Virus record (IMG/VR): IMGVR_UViG_3300032212_000063
Coordinates: 1 to 39,177 of that record
Length of the DNA: 39,177 bases
Origin: a virus
Taxonomy: Duplodnaviria; Caudoviricetes
Strand: one strand, 5' to 3'
A model generated the notes under the pieces. The model was not told where the DNA came from. It searched no databases and was given only the letters and a program-made list of their open reading frames with translations. Shown in pieces: positions 26,360-35,894 of the stretch (its first letter is position 1; every line of letters starts with the position of its first letter). The translations under genes and the position numbers were made by a program.

Positions 26360-26640
26360 AGTACGATTTCTACCGCGCCTGCTTTCTGTAACTTCTTAGC
26401 TACTTCCATTGGCACTTCTGCCGTTTCTGCTGGAAGTCGTTTAGCCCCATTGCGAGGATCTACCCTTGCTGGTTCTACGCGCTTAGTCATTCCTTTGGCG
26501 TGTTTTCCTTTGCCTTCATTTTTTAGACGCTTGTTTAATGAATCAAGTTCTGATTTTGTTAGATCAATAGCAAAGGCTTTCAATGCTTTGACCGTTACCA
26601 TTTCAGTCTTTGTGACTTTTGGTGTCGAGGTTGTAGCCAT
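26356..26640 (-). CDS. hypothetical protein
   Basis: 94-aa basic ORF with GGAG RBS. Confidence 0.7.
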   Translation of the reverse strand: MATTSTPKVTKTEMVTVKALKAFAIDLTKSELDSLNKRLKNEGKGKHAKGMTKRVEPARVDPRNGAKRLPAETAEVPMEVAKKLQKAGAVEIVL

Positions 26641-26654
26641 TTTATTCTCCGTTT

Positions 26655-26683
26655 AAAAGTGGGGAGAGCCGAAGCCCTCCCCT
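26655..26683 (-). terminator. terminator after major capsid gene
   Basis: GGGGAGGGC-TTCG-GCTCTCCCC followed by ACTTTT. Confidence 0.8.
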
Positions 26684-26688
26684 ATTAG

Positions 26689-27645
26689 TTAGCCGTTAGT
26701 GTCTGATACGAGTGCAAGTGCGCCTTCGTTACAAACTTCTAATGTGCCTTCCCAAGTGATTTCCTTGCGAGTTGAGTCACCAGTGACCGCAAGATTCTTC
26801 GAGGTAATACCGCGAAGTTCTGCAAATTTCACAAAGTCGTGATCAATAGCTAGGACGTTATCCCCTACGATATGGCGAGAAGGACAAACTTTCAGTGTGT
26901 GGAAATCACCCACATACACGTCAATGCCTGTATTCAACTTGCTTTCATCAGTAGTTACATAACGAGTTGCTCCTCCTGCTGTGAAGTCACCTACAACTGT
27001 TTTATTAGTTGGAGAGACATACAAAGTATTTGGATTACCACCAGTTGAGTAAGTAGTAGTAAGAACTGTATCCAGAATAGCGGCTGTTAAGTCGCGGTTT
27101 GCACCAGTTGTCATTACGTCACTACCATCACCTGTAGAAACTGCACCTGTAGAGCCTAGCGACACATTACTTGTCATGTAAGTGTAGATAGAACCCATTT
27201 CACGGGCTGTAGTATCGTTGCCTGCAACTTTAGCGTTACCGATTGCTGCGCCACCGATCATAGAGGCTTCAAGATCTCGCTTGATTTCCTTCATGCGGCG
27301 AGCCATTTGATAAGCCATTTCTGACTTGCGGCCTGCTTTGTCAACTGACTCTTGTGTACCGGTAACAACTGCGTGTTTCTTTAAGATCTGACAGTTGTTA
27401 CCAAGACGAGTAGTTGCCGCTGGTGCTGCTGGTGTAGCATCGTCGCCTTCAATATGAGCGTTAGTTGCGCTAACGGCTGTTAGTGCGTCTGTTTGCCACT
27501 CATGGTTAGTTGCTTTAGCCTTACCTTTGCCGATAGCAGAGAGGAAAGGGGTGTCTTCTGGTGATACATCAAAAATCATATCACTCAGATCTTCGCGATT
27601 ACCTACCGCGTCATAACTTGAATAAGTACCTGTTGGTTGTGCCAT
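26689..27645 (-). CDS. major capsid protein (DUF5309/SU10-like)
   Basis: Y.AVGNREDLSD.I..VSP.DTPF.S, HEWQTD.L, N..QI, GRKSEMAYQ......EIKRDLE. Confidence 0.9.
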   Translation of the reverse strand: MAQPTGTYSSYDAVGNREDLSDMIFDVSPEDTPFLSAIGKGKAKATNHEWQTDALTAVSATNAHIEGDDATPAAPAATTRLGNNCQILKKHAVVTGTQESVDKAGRKSEMAYQMARRMKEIKRDLEASMIGGAAIGNAKVAGNDTTAREMGSIYTYMTSNVSLGSTGAVSTGDGSDVMTTGANRDLTAAILDTVLTTTYSTGGNPNTLYVSPTNKTVVGDFTAGGATRYVTTDESKLNTGIDVYVGDFHTLKVCPSRHIVGDNVLAIDHDFVKFAELRGITSKNLAVTGDSTRKEITWEGTLEVCNEGALALVSDTNG

Positions 27646-27647
27646 TT

Positions 27648-28706
27648 TTAATTACTCCATCGTTCCATAAGAAGTGCGGCGGCATCATTGGCCTTACCGC
27701 TACTTCTTAATCGGTTTCTCAATGCATCATCCTTTGAGGTATCGCCTTTAGGTGTTGCTCTCCCTGCTTTTTGATATTTCGGTGTCTTGATTACCTTTTT
27801 CTTAACCACAGGGGCTTGCTTCTGCATTTCGTCGTAAAGACGAGCTTTATCTGCGAGCCTGATAGTTCGGTGATCAATGACGTTGCCGATCTCTTGCTGG
27901 GAGTAGCCTTCGTTAATCAGGTATTGGGAGATTGCACGATTACCTTCTTGCATCTTTTCTGGATCGCTCCACTCTGGGAAATCACGGATCAAAGATTGAT
28001 ACTCTTGTGCTTTAACAGCTTCAAACCGCTGTTGTTGCTCATAAGTTGATTGCTGAGAAAGAACTTCCCTCTCTGCTTTCATCTGATTGAATATCTCTAT
28101 CTTCTGCCGACGATCTTCCATAGCGGCTGCGTACTCCGCTGGATCAGATTCGCGTAGGTGTTCAATGCTTTCGCCTTCTATTGATTGACGTAAGACATGA
28201 CCTAATTGGTCGATAGCTTGGATATGCTGTTCTCGTACAGCCTGAATAGCTTGTCGCTCTGCTAGAACTTCATCGCGTTGCTCTGCTACTTCTGCTGTTT
28301 TTCTTGAGTAATCCGCTTCACGCTGGTAGCCATTAACCGCTTCACTTAGGGTGACTTCGTTTTCTTCTCCATTAACCTTTACTTTTACCTTTAGCTGACT
28401 CATAGAATCAGGGTCTAGTTCAAAGTGTTCGGCTAACTCGGAAAGAGTTGAAAGCTCCAGTTCTTCGGTTTCAGGTTCTTGATCTTCGGTTACTTCCTCA
28501 GTTTCAGCTTCCGCTTCTTCTGATTCTTCTTCTGTAGATTGCTCTACGGGTTCTTCTTTTGGTTCTTCGATTGATTCTTCTGTGGGGGTTTCTGTTTCCA
28601 GACTATCCTCCATCCGTTCTTCAATTAAATTTGCTGCATCTTCTGTTGATAGTTCTGTGCCTGCTACGTGTTCAGTTCCCATTTCTGGGGTCGCTGTATC
28701 GTCCAT
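27648..28706 (-). CDS. capsid scaffolding protein
   Basis: Acidic N-terminus, VKVNGEE.EVTL.E...GYQR.ADYSRKT, DHR...LADKA.LYD. Confidence 0.85.
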   Translation of the reverse strand: MDDTATPEMGTEHVAGTELSTEDAANLIEERMEDSLETETPTEESIEEPKEEPVEQSTEEESEEAEAETEEVTEDQEPETEELELSTLSELAEHFELDPDSMSQLKVKVKVNGEENEVTLSEAVNGYQREADYSRKTAEVAEQRDEVLAERQAIQAVREQHIQAIDQLGHVLRQSIEGESIEHLRESDPAEYAAAMEDRRQKIEIFNQMKAEREVLSQQSTYEQQQRFEAVKAQEYQSLIRDFPEWSDPEKMQEGNRAISQYLINEGYSQQEIGNVIDHRTIRLADKARLYDEMQKQAPVVKKKVIKTPKYQKAGRATPKGDTSKDDALRNRLRSSGKANDAAALLMERWSN

Positions 28707-28745
28707 AGTTGTGCCCTTAAAGGAATATGCTGCCTCGCGGCATGG

Positions 28746-29024
28746 TTAAAAATTACTTACTGCTAGTTTTATTTTCTCTTGCTTCTCTTTTTCTTCATTA
28801 ATCGCTGATTCCATTGTTCCGTTCTCAGCAACTATACGAAAATACCTATGCACCTCTTTTAGTGCGTTCATTTGTTGCCATGCTTTTTCTCGGCCTTTTG
28901 AGTCGTGCGAGTCCGAGTTTTCAAACATGTTTAAAAGGTTTATTCTAATGTGATCAAAGGCTTCGTTAAAAATGTCGTCGTCCAACATTTCCTTAGCACG
29001 ATTACCCCTTGCTACATTGTCCAT
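28746..29024 (-). CDS. conserved small protein downstream of portal
   Basis: RG.RA..MLDD..F.EAF, RE.AW. Confidence 0.7.
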   Translation of the reverse strand: MDNVARGNRAKEMLDDDIFNEAFDHIRINLLNMFENSDSHDSKGREKAWQQMNALKEVHRYFRIVAENGTMESAINEEKEKQEKIKLAVSNF

Positions 29025-30957
29025 TCGCTATCTCCAATGCTTTTAGTTTTTCTCTTGATTGAATCTCTGCTTGAGCAATACGCTCTTTAGAGGCTATTTG
29101 TTCTTTTTCAATCATCATCTTCGCTTGTAGTTTGTTTTCTTCTGCCTTAGCCTTCATTTGCGCCTCTTTGTCCTGCTGTTGAATCAACATCATTTCAGGA
29201 GAAGGTGGAGGCTTAGGAGGGTCAACTTCTTTGGGGTTGGCGAAGAAACTTTCAGGTGTCTTGAAGTCTGTGGTGTCTACGACTTTGCCGAGTGCTGAGT
29301 AAATCTTTTCATCTGGCACTAAATGGCTCTTACCTATTTGTAGGAGTTTTTCTTGCAAGGTCATTAGCATCATGGCTTGCTGTGTTTGTTTTTCTTTGTC
29401 GCCTGTGCCAAGACCTACGTTAATAGTCATGTTGGTGCGGTGCTTCCATTCTGTAGGAGAGACTTCTACCCATTTGCCGCGTAACTTAATGGCTTTCTTT
29501 TTGGTGTTATGAGTTAGCTCAAGTTTGTGTATGTCTAGGAATAGCCCTTTAACGCCTGTTTCTGCGAAGTTACGAGCTACTAGCTTGATTCTTTCCTGTG
29601 AAGCACCCATTATCTGATTAATGCCAGATGCGGTCTTATTCAAAGAGTTGGCGTCAAGACCTTGATTGTATTTCGTGATACCTGTGCGATTTTCAAGCAT
29701 TGAATCTAATTGACTGATCATGCCAAACGCGCTACCTGTAAATGGCTGTACAGGCAAAGGGGTCGCCATATTAGGCTGTTTCATACGAACAATACCCGCA
29801 GGACGAGAGTTTAGAAGGTCGTCTAAATTAACCTGCCCCTCTACTACTGCTGTACGGACATTGTTTTGATGGTACATATTGTCAAGTAGCTGACGGATAA
29901 CAACAGACTTAACGCGCTGCGATTCCATTGATTGATCGGCTAAAGATATGCCTGTGAATCTATGAGGCATAATCGTAGGGGTGATCGCTCTAAATGGGAT
30001 TTCGTCAATAGATTCGTTATCTAAAATAACATTAGCGTTGCCGCCTACTGTGATCTTACGAAGCTCTGCAATTCCATCACCGTCATAATCCATTCGTATG
30101 TAACACTCTGTTACCCAGACTTCACGCATAGATTCATCAGAGGTGTTTGATCTGTGGGGGTATTCTTCTGTGTCGTCAAATCGCGCTAAGTGTTCTTCGT
30201 TAAATGAATGATCTTCCTCACCCAACTGACTAACAAGGTCTTTATCAAAACCATCTTCAATCAAGTCTGATACGAACCTGCGGCGACGATGCCCTACAAA
30301 CGGGGCTGATTTAACGTCAATCGAATTATGCCGACGAGAGATTAAAAATTCTTCTGGTGGCACGTTCTCAATGACTGTACCTGCGGTAGTTCGTTTAATG
30401 GCTACGTCAAATACTTCTGTTTCAACCATCTCACCCTGTACGTCTACTTCTTCAATACGTGGGCTGTGTTCAATAACCTCTACACCATCTTCCTCTGCCA
30501 GCATAATAAGCTGAGACTCAGAAAGACCTTCGTAATCTTCACGTTTTACTTCTTTGGTTTCATCCCAATACGTTTTAACAATGCCGTTCTTTTGTAAGAG
30601 AGCATCTTTAAACCAGTTGTACAGGATTAAAAAGCCATTATTCTCTTTGTAGAAAACATAATTAATTGTGTCTGTTTCTTGTTTAGCGGCTTCTTCATCT
30701 TCCATACCTTCTGGGGTGAACTCAGCGGCCTTGTCGGATGATGTAAATATCTTTAACAAGGAAGGTAGCATCCACTCAATAGCGTTAGCTACATCATGTG
30801 ACACATACGCAGAGCGTCCCTCTACTTCGTCGCCAAAGGGTTCGCCATAGTAATATTCTAGGGCTGTTTTACGTTGTTCAGATAGATCGCCCCCACTATA
30901 TCCAAGGGAGTTTGTTATCTCCTGATTCAAGATTGATTTTACTTCTGTCTCGTTCAT
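29002..30957 (-). CDS. portal protein
   Basis: YY.GEPFG.EVEGRS.YVS.DV, FKDALLQKNG.VK..W, NVPPEEFLI, DGDGIAELR, VGLGTG. Confidence 0.9.
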   Translation of the reverse strand: MNETEVKSILNQEITNSLGYSGGDLSEQRKTALEYYYGEPFGDEVEGRSAYVSHDVANAIEWMLPSLLKIFTSSDKAAEFTPEGMEDEEAAKQETDTINYVFYKENNGFLILYNWFKDALLQKNGIVKTYWDETKEVKREDYEGLSESQLIMLAEEDGVEVIEHSPRIEEVDVQGEMVETEVFDVAIKRTTAGTVIENVPPEEFLISRRHNSIDVKSAPFVGHRRRRFVSDLIEDGFDKDLVSQLGEEDHSFNEEHLARFDDTEEYPHRSNTSDESMREVWVTECYIRMDYDGDGIAELRKITVGGNANVILDNESIDEIPFRAITPTIMPHRFTGISLADQSMESQRVKSVVIRQLLDNMYHQNNVRTAVVEGQVNLDDLLNSRPAGIVRMKQPNMATPLPVQPFTGSAFGMISQLDSMLENRTGITKYNQGLDANSLNKTASGINQIMGASQERIKLVARNFAETGVKGLFLDIHKLELTHNTKKKAIKLRGKWVEVSPTEWKHRTNMTINVGLGTGDKEKQTQQAMMLMTLQEKLLQIGKSHLVPDEKIYSALGKVVDTTDFKTPESFFANPKEVDPPKPPPSPEMMLIQQQDKEAQMKAKAEENKLQAKMMIEKEQIASKERIAQAEIQSREKLKALEIANGQCSKG

Positions 30958-32348
30958 ACGATTCCCATAGGTGGATATTCAATCTTTCCTGAATAATTTG
31001 TTTGGTAAGTGGGTGCAGAGGCAAAACGCAACATCATTACTGCGTATCGAACTGCTGAGATAAAGTCGTCGTCTTTAGGTACTATCTTTCCGTCTTTGCG
31101 GTGATACATACGAAATTCCTCCCAGAACATCTCTAGGTGGGGAGCAACTTTAAATCGCCCTGTTTCCATGCGATCTAAAATATCTGCTACCGAGGCTTCA
31201 ACTGAATTACCCCTATCGCCTTCGTATTTGGCGTGTTCAAAAACCATATTCAAACCGTTGTCTGAATATAAATCTCGAATCTTCTTACCGTCATTTCTTC
31301 CCCGTGCCGCCATGTTGCCATCGTGAGGCCATGCAACAGGGGTGAATTGAGCTAACGCCTTAATACCCGCTGCGTGAACCGCTAACGAGGTAGATTTTTC
31401 TTTATAGCCTGAGTAAAGGTGGACTACGTCTGCATCTCGATCCCATGCAATCATACAAGCGGCTGTTGGGTGATCTCCCCAACCAAAGTCCATCCCGCAT
31501 ATACGAGGCCAATGGTTAGGCATTTCCGTTACTCGGTCAGTAATCGAATCTTCCGTTATAGGAAAGACCCTGCCCTCACCCAGCATAGGAATACCCTTAG
31601 CACGGGCTTCACGCTCATGCTCTGGGTAAGAATTAATAATGGCTTGCTTGATTTCGTCGGTGTAGTGCTCAACATCGTCAATCGTCATTGAGATAATTTC
31701 ACGCTCTGGATCTGTTTCATTCCAGTAACGTGATACAACCGAACTCATGCCCTTCAAAGGGGTGAATGTAACAATGACTCGCCCAAACCCATCGTTAAAC
31801 GATTTGTTAGTACGGGTTATACCTTCCGAGTAAACATCAGCAGGCGGTTCTTCATCAAACCAAAGGCCGTTAATTGTTTCGCCCTGCCACTTCTCCCGAC
31901 CCTTACCATAGGATTTAAAGTAAAGGTGCGACATACCACCAGAGACATGCTTGATAGCAATGTGATCGACTAAATCAGCAACGCCCCTAGCCATTGATTT
32001 TTTACCCAAACAATCTTTAGGGATTGCGCCTGTGCCTAATTCCCCTATCTCACCTAAAAGAAGTCGTTGCGGGTTATCACGGGTTGATTCACCCGATTCA
32101 CCAGCTACCCACCACTTGTTAGGTTTATTGATTCGAGCGCCTTCCCACCAATCAGGATAAATACCCGTTAGGTGCATAGCGACCTCATAAGCACCAGCCC
32201 ATGTCTTGCCTAATTGGTTGCCTGCCATAAACAGACGTTCACGTTTAGATGAATGGTGGAATTGTTTTTGCTTTTCGTAAGGCGTGTAGAAATTTAGTTT
32301 GAAGTTCTCTACCAACTCATTGAGTTCTTCAAGTTCAGCTAGGTTCAA
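30954..32348 (-). CDS. terL: terminase large subunit (P22 gp2-like)
   Basis: MAGNQLGKT, WFDEEP, TFTPLKG, GMDFGW.DHP, WPHDG, DD.ISA.RYA. Confidence 0.95.
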   Translation of the reverse strand: MNLAELEELNELVENFKLNFYTPYEKQKQFHHSSKRERLFMAGNQLGKTWAGAYEVAMHLTGIYPDWWEGARINKPNKWWVAGESGESTRDNPQRLLLGEIGELGTGAIPKDCLGKKSMARGVADLVDHIAIKHVSGGMSHLYFKSYGKGREKWQGETINGLWFDEEPPADVYSEGITRTNKSFNDGFGRVIVTFTPLKGMSSVVSRYWNETDPEREIISMTIDDVEHYTDEIKQAIINSYPEHEREARAKGIPMLGEGRVFPITEDSITDRVTEMPNHWPRICGMDFGWGDHPTAACMIAWDRDADVVHLYSGYKEKSTSLAVHAAGIKALAQFTPVAWPHDGNMAARGRNDGKKIRDLYSDNGLNMVFEHAKYEGDRGNSVEASVADILDRMETGRFKVAPHLEMFWEEFRMYHRKDGKIVPKDDDFISAVRYAVMMLRFASAPTYQTNYSGKIEYPPMGIV

Positions 32349-32614
32349 CGGTTCAATAATTGAAGTAGTTGAGAAAACATAGGGTTCATCTTTCGAGAAG
32401 GCGACATAGGACGCTGCTGTGAGTGCGGATTGAAATTAGGCGTCTGTACCTGTGGATTAAAAATAGGCGGTTGCAATTCAGCAGTTGAGCGAATAGGAGG
32501 TAATCCTTGCATAGCGCGTTTTATATTAATCTGGCGCAGCTTCAAGTCCTGTCCGGCTTGCCCTGACATACCGCCAAGATAATCTAATGGGTTCATAGTG
32601 ACTCCAAGAATCAA
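32345..32614 (-). CDS. hypothetical Pro/Gln-rich protein (start probably ATG 32596)
   Basis: Overlaps terL start; GGAG upstream of MNPLDY. Confidence 0.55.
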   Translation of the reverse strand: MILGVTMNPLDYLGGMSGQAGQDLKLRQINIKRAMQGLPPIRSTAELQPPIFNPQVQTPNFNPHSQQRPMSPSRKMNPMFSQLLQLLNR

Positions 32615-32959
32615 TAACTTACAAAGAGGGGTTTATTGGGTATATCTGCACTGGCAGATGTTAACTAAGCACTTGATAAATAAGATAAAAGTAAATTGGG
32701 CTTTTCCCAGAACCCGAAAATTTGAGAACCATAAATCAATGACTTAGAGATTAAGTGATGAATTAGGGCGATTTTGGGGAGGAAAAAATAATATGTAGGG
32801 ATGGGTGTATATAGCTGTCTGCCCGCGTATGGAACCAAAGTGGCATGGTACGGGGGTCGATTCTGACATGAAAACCGTTTCCAATCCCTATCTAAATCAA
32901 TAACTTATCACATACAAGGGTATCAATCCCCTGAGCTACTCAATAGAATCAATGGCTTA
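32609..32959. promoter_or_regulatory. cluster of five IHF consensus sites, candidate packaging origin
   Basis: WATCAANNNNTTA at 32609-32621, 32734-32746, 32895-32907, 32947-32959 (+) and 32666-32678 (-). Confidence 0.65.
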
Positions 32960-32979
32960 TGTGATATGTACCCGTATTA

Positions 32980-33399
32980 TTACTTAACCAATGCTAGTTT
33001 AGCGGTTAGTTCCTTGGCTCTTTCTGCCTGTTCCTTGGGGGTGCGAGAGTCCATAACCTCTTGTTTTTCAACGTGTTTATAGCCTGCTCTATCGCTCCAA
33101 GCTAGTGCTGCTGCGAGCTTCACTGATGCAGGGGCACTGTCGTCTAGTGCTATCCCTTTAATAACATCGAACATAGTAGAAGCTTGACTATCTATATACT
33201 TGGTCTGTTCTAGTCTTAAAGCCTTTAGTACATGGTCTAATTGTAGTAGCTCATGTCCTCTCTGGTATGCCGAGTTCTTACTGTATCCTGCTTCAATTGC
33301 TGCTTTGCTGGCGTTGCCGCCATTCCGGACATACTCTATGACAAATGCCTGTTGGCTCACTGTAAGCCCCGTCTTAGGATCTTTGTGAGTTGCTGGCAT
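32980..33399 (-). CDS. terS: terminase small subunit
   Basis: LT..QQAFV.EYV..GGNASKAAIEAGYS..SA...G.ELL. Confidence 0.9.
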   Translation of the reverse strand: MPATHKDPKTGLTVSQQAFVIEYVRNGGNASKAAIEAGYSKNSAYQRGHELLQLDHVLKALRLEQTKYIDSQASTMFDVIKGIALDDSAPASVKLAAALAWSDRAGYKHVEKQEVMDSRTPKEQAERAKELTAKLALVK

Positions 33400-33559
33400 T
33401 GTTTGGCCTCGTTATGTGATCGTTATATGGAATGTTCTTGCTTGCTCGTTCTTGGTCTGTCTTGGCTTTGGGTGTCTTATTGAATGCTCTGTTCCAATTG
33501 TCTTCCATTGTCTTGCTGTCTATCTGTTGTGGTCTACGTCCTGAACCTTTGCCGCTCAA
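33374..33559 (-). CDS. small conserved phage protein
   Basis: MSGKGS.RRP........NW.R.F motif upstream of terS. Confidence 0.6.
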   Translation of the reverse strand: MSGKGSGRRPQQIDSKTMEDNWNRAFNKTPKAKTDQERASKNIPYNDHITRPNNASNSQRS

Positions 33560-33679
33560 CTTGCTGAGCCTTCGTCGCCTATGATTGTTTCGGTGCTGAT
33601 AATGACCTCTTTCTCATTCATAAGTATTACCTATAAGTTTGGTTTATGTTGGGTATTAATATATTCATTGGTGATTATC

Positions 33680-33708
33680 TTGTATTATCGGATAACTTCC
33701 ATTAAGCT
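33680..33708 (+). promoter_or_regulatory. sigma70 promoter of plus-strand island
   Basis: TTGTAT N17 TAAGCT with TTATCGGATAA palindrome in the spacer; GAGGAG RBS downstream. Confidence 0.5.
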
Positions 33709-33730
33709 GTATTTAACAAATGAGGAGTAA

Positions 33731-33973
33731 ATGATTATGCAAACATTTGAATACTTTATAAACTTAGACGAGCGCGGATCATTCTATGCTGATGTGCGCG
33801 ATAACTCAGGGAATACAGTCTTTGAAATAAAGGCAGGTAATGAGCTAGGCGAGGATGAAACTAGCATCTTTGAAGATGGATACATGAACCATCCGGAAGA
33901 TCTTTGCAACCTTGCCGACTATCTGCGCAACTTAAACATCATGTCTGCTGATGATGATCTTGCATTTGGCTAA
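33731..33973 (+). CDS. hypothetical acidic protein
   Basis: YFINLDERGSFYADVR; strong RBS. Confidence 0.7.
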   Translation: MIMQTFEYFINLDERGSFYADVRDNSGNTVFEIKAGNELGEDETSIFEDGYMNHPEDLCNLADYLRNLNIMSADDDLAFG

Positions 33974-34007
33974 CCACTAACACCCCGTAAGGGACAAAGG
34001 ATTTGAA

Positions 34008-34211
34008 ATGCAATACCCGATAGGAACACAATTTATTAAGCAAGGCCGTAAACATGCCAAGGTTGAAACTGTCGTGGATATGCTCACCACTAAAAATCTA
34101 GCTGGCGAAGTGGTTAAGGTGCGTTATGTCTCTGAGCATGATCTTATGGGTCAACCAGTAAAAGATTATGATGTTTGCGCTGTTACTATTGCTAGGGGTT
34201 TAGTTCAATGA
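34008..34211 (+). CDS. hypothetical protein
   Basis: 67-aa ORF with RBS. Confidence 0.65.
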   Translation: MQYPIGTQFIKQGRKHAKVETVVDMLTTKNLAGEVVKVRYVSEHDLMGQPVKDYDVCAVTIARGLVQ

Positions 34212-34363
34212 GTCCTAAACAACTATGTATAGCCGATACCAAGTCTAAGCCTATTCCCTTTAAGGAACTGGCTAAACTGGCAAGGGCTGATGATCGCAAC
34301 CTGTCAGACTATTGCCGATTAGTTCTTATTAACCATGTAAAGGAGCAAAAGAAATGCAAATAG
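34208..34363 (+). CDS. ribbon-helix-helix (Arc/CopG-like) regulator, 51 aa (not in ORF track)
   Basis: ELAKLARADDRNLSDYCRLVLINHV; ATGA overlap. Confidence 0.6.
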   Translation: MSPKQLCIADTKSKPIPFKELAKLARADDRNLSDYCRLVLINHVKEQKKCK

Positions 34364-34548
34364 CACCAGAAAAAGCTGATTTCGATCTAATTATATCGAA
34401 CGCCAACAATGGCAGACTACAGAGAGCGGCTAATATGCTGAATACGCTTACTATGACTGAATTGCATGAGCTTTTTATGCACATGCAAGAGCTTAACTAT
34501 ACTATTGACGATGTAACACAATTGACGCAGGAATTGATAGATAAGTAA
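34354..34548 (+). CDS. hypothetical protein
   Basis: 64-aa ORF with AAGGAG RBS. Confidence 0.6.
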   Translation: MQIAPEKADFDLIISNANNGRLQRAANMLNTLTMTELHELFMHMQELNYTIDDVTQLTQELIDK

Positions 34549-34621
34549 ATAATCGCCCTCCCTACCTGCTGTAACAGGTAAAGAGAGCTAAACAATCAAT
34601 TAACTATTAGGAGTTAATATC

Positions 34622-35359
34622 ATGTCTACAAATACTTTAACACAACCGAGCCAGCTTGTTAAAAGCCAAGTAAAAACAATAGATAAGCTAATCAGAGGCG
34701 GCAAAGGTCGCATTATTGTAAAGATCCGTTATGACGACGAGTGCGGCAACGGCCATAACTCTTTCGCTATTACTGGATCGCTTTACGATCACCCTACTAA
34801 TACAAGTGACCGCCATACTGAAACATGCGGGTGTATTCACGATAGTATCATTAAATACTGCCCTGAGCTTGAACCGCTCATTAAGTGGCATTTCACGTCT
34901 AGTGACGAACCAATGTACTATGTTGAAAATACTATGTATCACGCTAGAGACACTGACTATAACGGGCTTAAAAAGGGTGAGCACTCAGCTTATATTGTTA
35001 AGGTTGTATGTGATGCTGACAAAAGTGATCTTGGTCTAGTCGTTTACACTAGCGGATCTGTTTACACCAACAAGCAAAACAACTCTAATCTTGATAAGTC
35101 CAACGCTAAAGAATTAGATCTTGTGTCTATAGCTATGAAGGCTATTAAGCCAGAACTTAACCCTCGAACTATTAAAGAGCCTTGTGGCTGGTCTATTAGC
35201 AAGGGTAAAGAGATCGACCTTGAGGCGGCTAGATCTTGCGCTGTATGGCCTGATGCTACTCTAGAACAATTACAGGATAAAGATGCTTTAGTTGCTCGCT
35301 TACCTGCCCTAATGGCTGACTTTAAGAGTGATATGGAATCACTCGGGTTTACATACTAA
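34622..35359 (+). CDS. conserved phage protein with Cys/His motifs
   Basis: RYDDECGNGHNSFAITG, CGCIHD.I....PEL..LIKWH, PMYYVENT.YH, AR..AVWPDAT. Confidence 0.75.
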   Translation: MSTNTLTQPSQLVKSQVKTIDKLIRGGKGRIIVKIRYDDECGNGHNSFAITGSLYDHPTNTSDRHTETCGCIHDSIIKYCPELEPLIKWHFTSSDEPMYYVENTMYHARDTDYNGLKKGEHSAYIVKVVCDADKSDLGLVVYTSGSVYTNKQNNSNLDKSNAKELDLVSIAMKAIKPELNPRTIKEPCGWSISKGKEIDLEAARSCAVWPDATLEQLQDKDALVARLPALMADFKSDMESLGFTY

Positions 35360-35517
35360 TGTATAACTTAACTATAAGAACTATCGGGAATAAACTCTAC
35401 TATTTTGCTAATATTCCCCTGAACCGCGCCCGTGAGTTGGTCGCTGATATGGGAACTCAGGTAGATAGTGCTACGTTCTGTAAGTTTAATGAGCCATTAC
35501 TTAGAATAAAGGGGTAG
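35359..35517 (+). CDS. hypothetical protein, 52 aa (not in ORF track)
   Basis: TAATG overlap; MYNLTIRTIGNKLYYFANIP... Confidence 0.45.
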   Translation: MYNLTIRTIGNKLYYFANIPLNRARELVADMGTQVDSATFCKFNEPLLRIKG

Positions 35518-35520
35518 ATT

Positions 35521-35700
35521 ATGAAAACTTACTACACTCAAGATAATATTGGCTTGGCTAAATATACCGTTAGTCACCATGATGGCGAATCAACTCACAA
35601 GGATGGTAGCCCGTTTTACGGTGTAGCTCTATTTACGAATAAGAAGAAGGTATCCGCGTTTATTGCTTCGTTATTGACTAAAGGCTATAGCCATGAGTAA
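35521..35700 (+). CDS. small phage protein, 59 aa (not in ORF track)
   Basis: NIG.AKYTVS.HDG.STHKDGSPFY...LF.NKK. Confidence 0.65.
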   Translation: MKTYYTQDNIGLAKYTVSHHDGESTHKDGSPFYGVALFTNKKKVSAFIASLLTKGYSHE

Positions 35701-35776
35701 ATATATCGACCCGTCTTTATGGCCTGTATTTCTCTATGTGATTGTTGCCATTGTTTTGACTGAGCTACTAGGATAG
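35693..35776 (+). CDS. 27-aa hydrophobic peptide (not in ORF track)
   Basis: MSKYIDPSLWPVFLYVIVAIVLTELLG. Confidence 0.35.
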   Translation: MSKYIDPSLWPVFLYVIVAIVLTELLG

Positions 35777-35780
35777 ATAT

Positions 35781-35802
35781 ACTGCCAAGGATGGCAATTT
35801 TT
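35781..35802 (+). terminator. terminator of plus-strand island
   Basis: TGCCA-AGGA-TGGCA followed by ATTTTT. Confidence 0.55.
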
Positions 35803-35894
35803 ACCCCTTCCCGATCAATTCCTCCCCCTGTAAGCCGTTTAAATCGACTATCTAGCCTTGATTAATGCTAATGGGTGACTATTACTATAATCGC

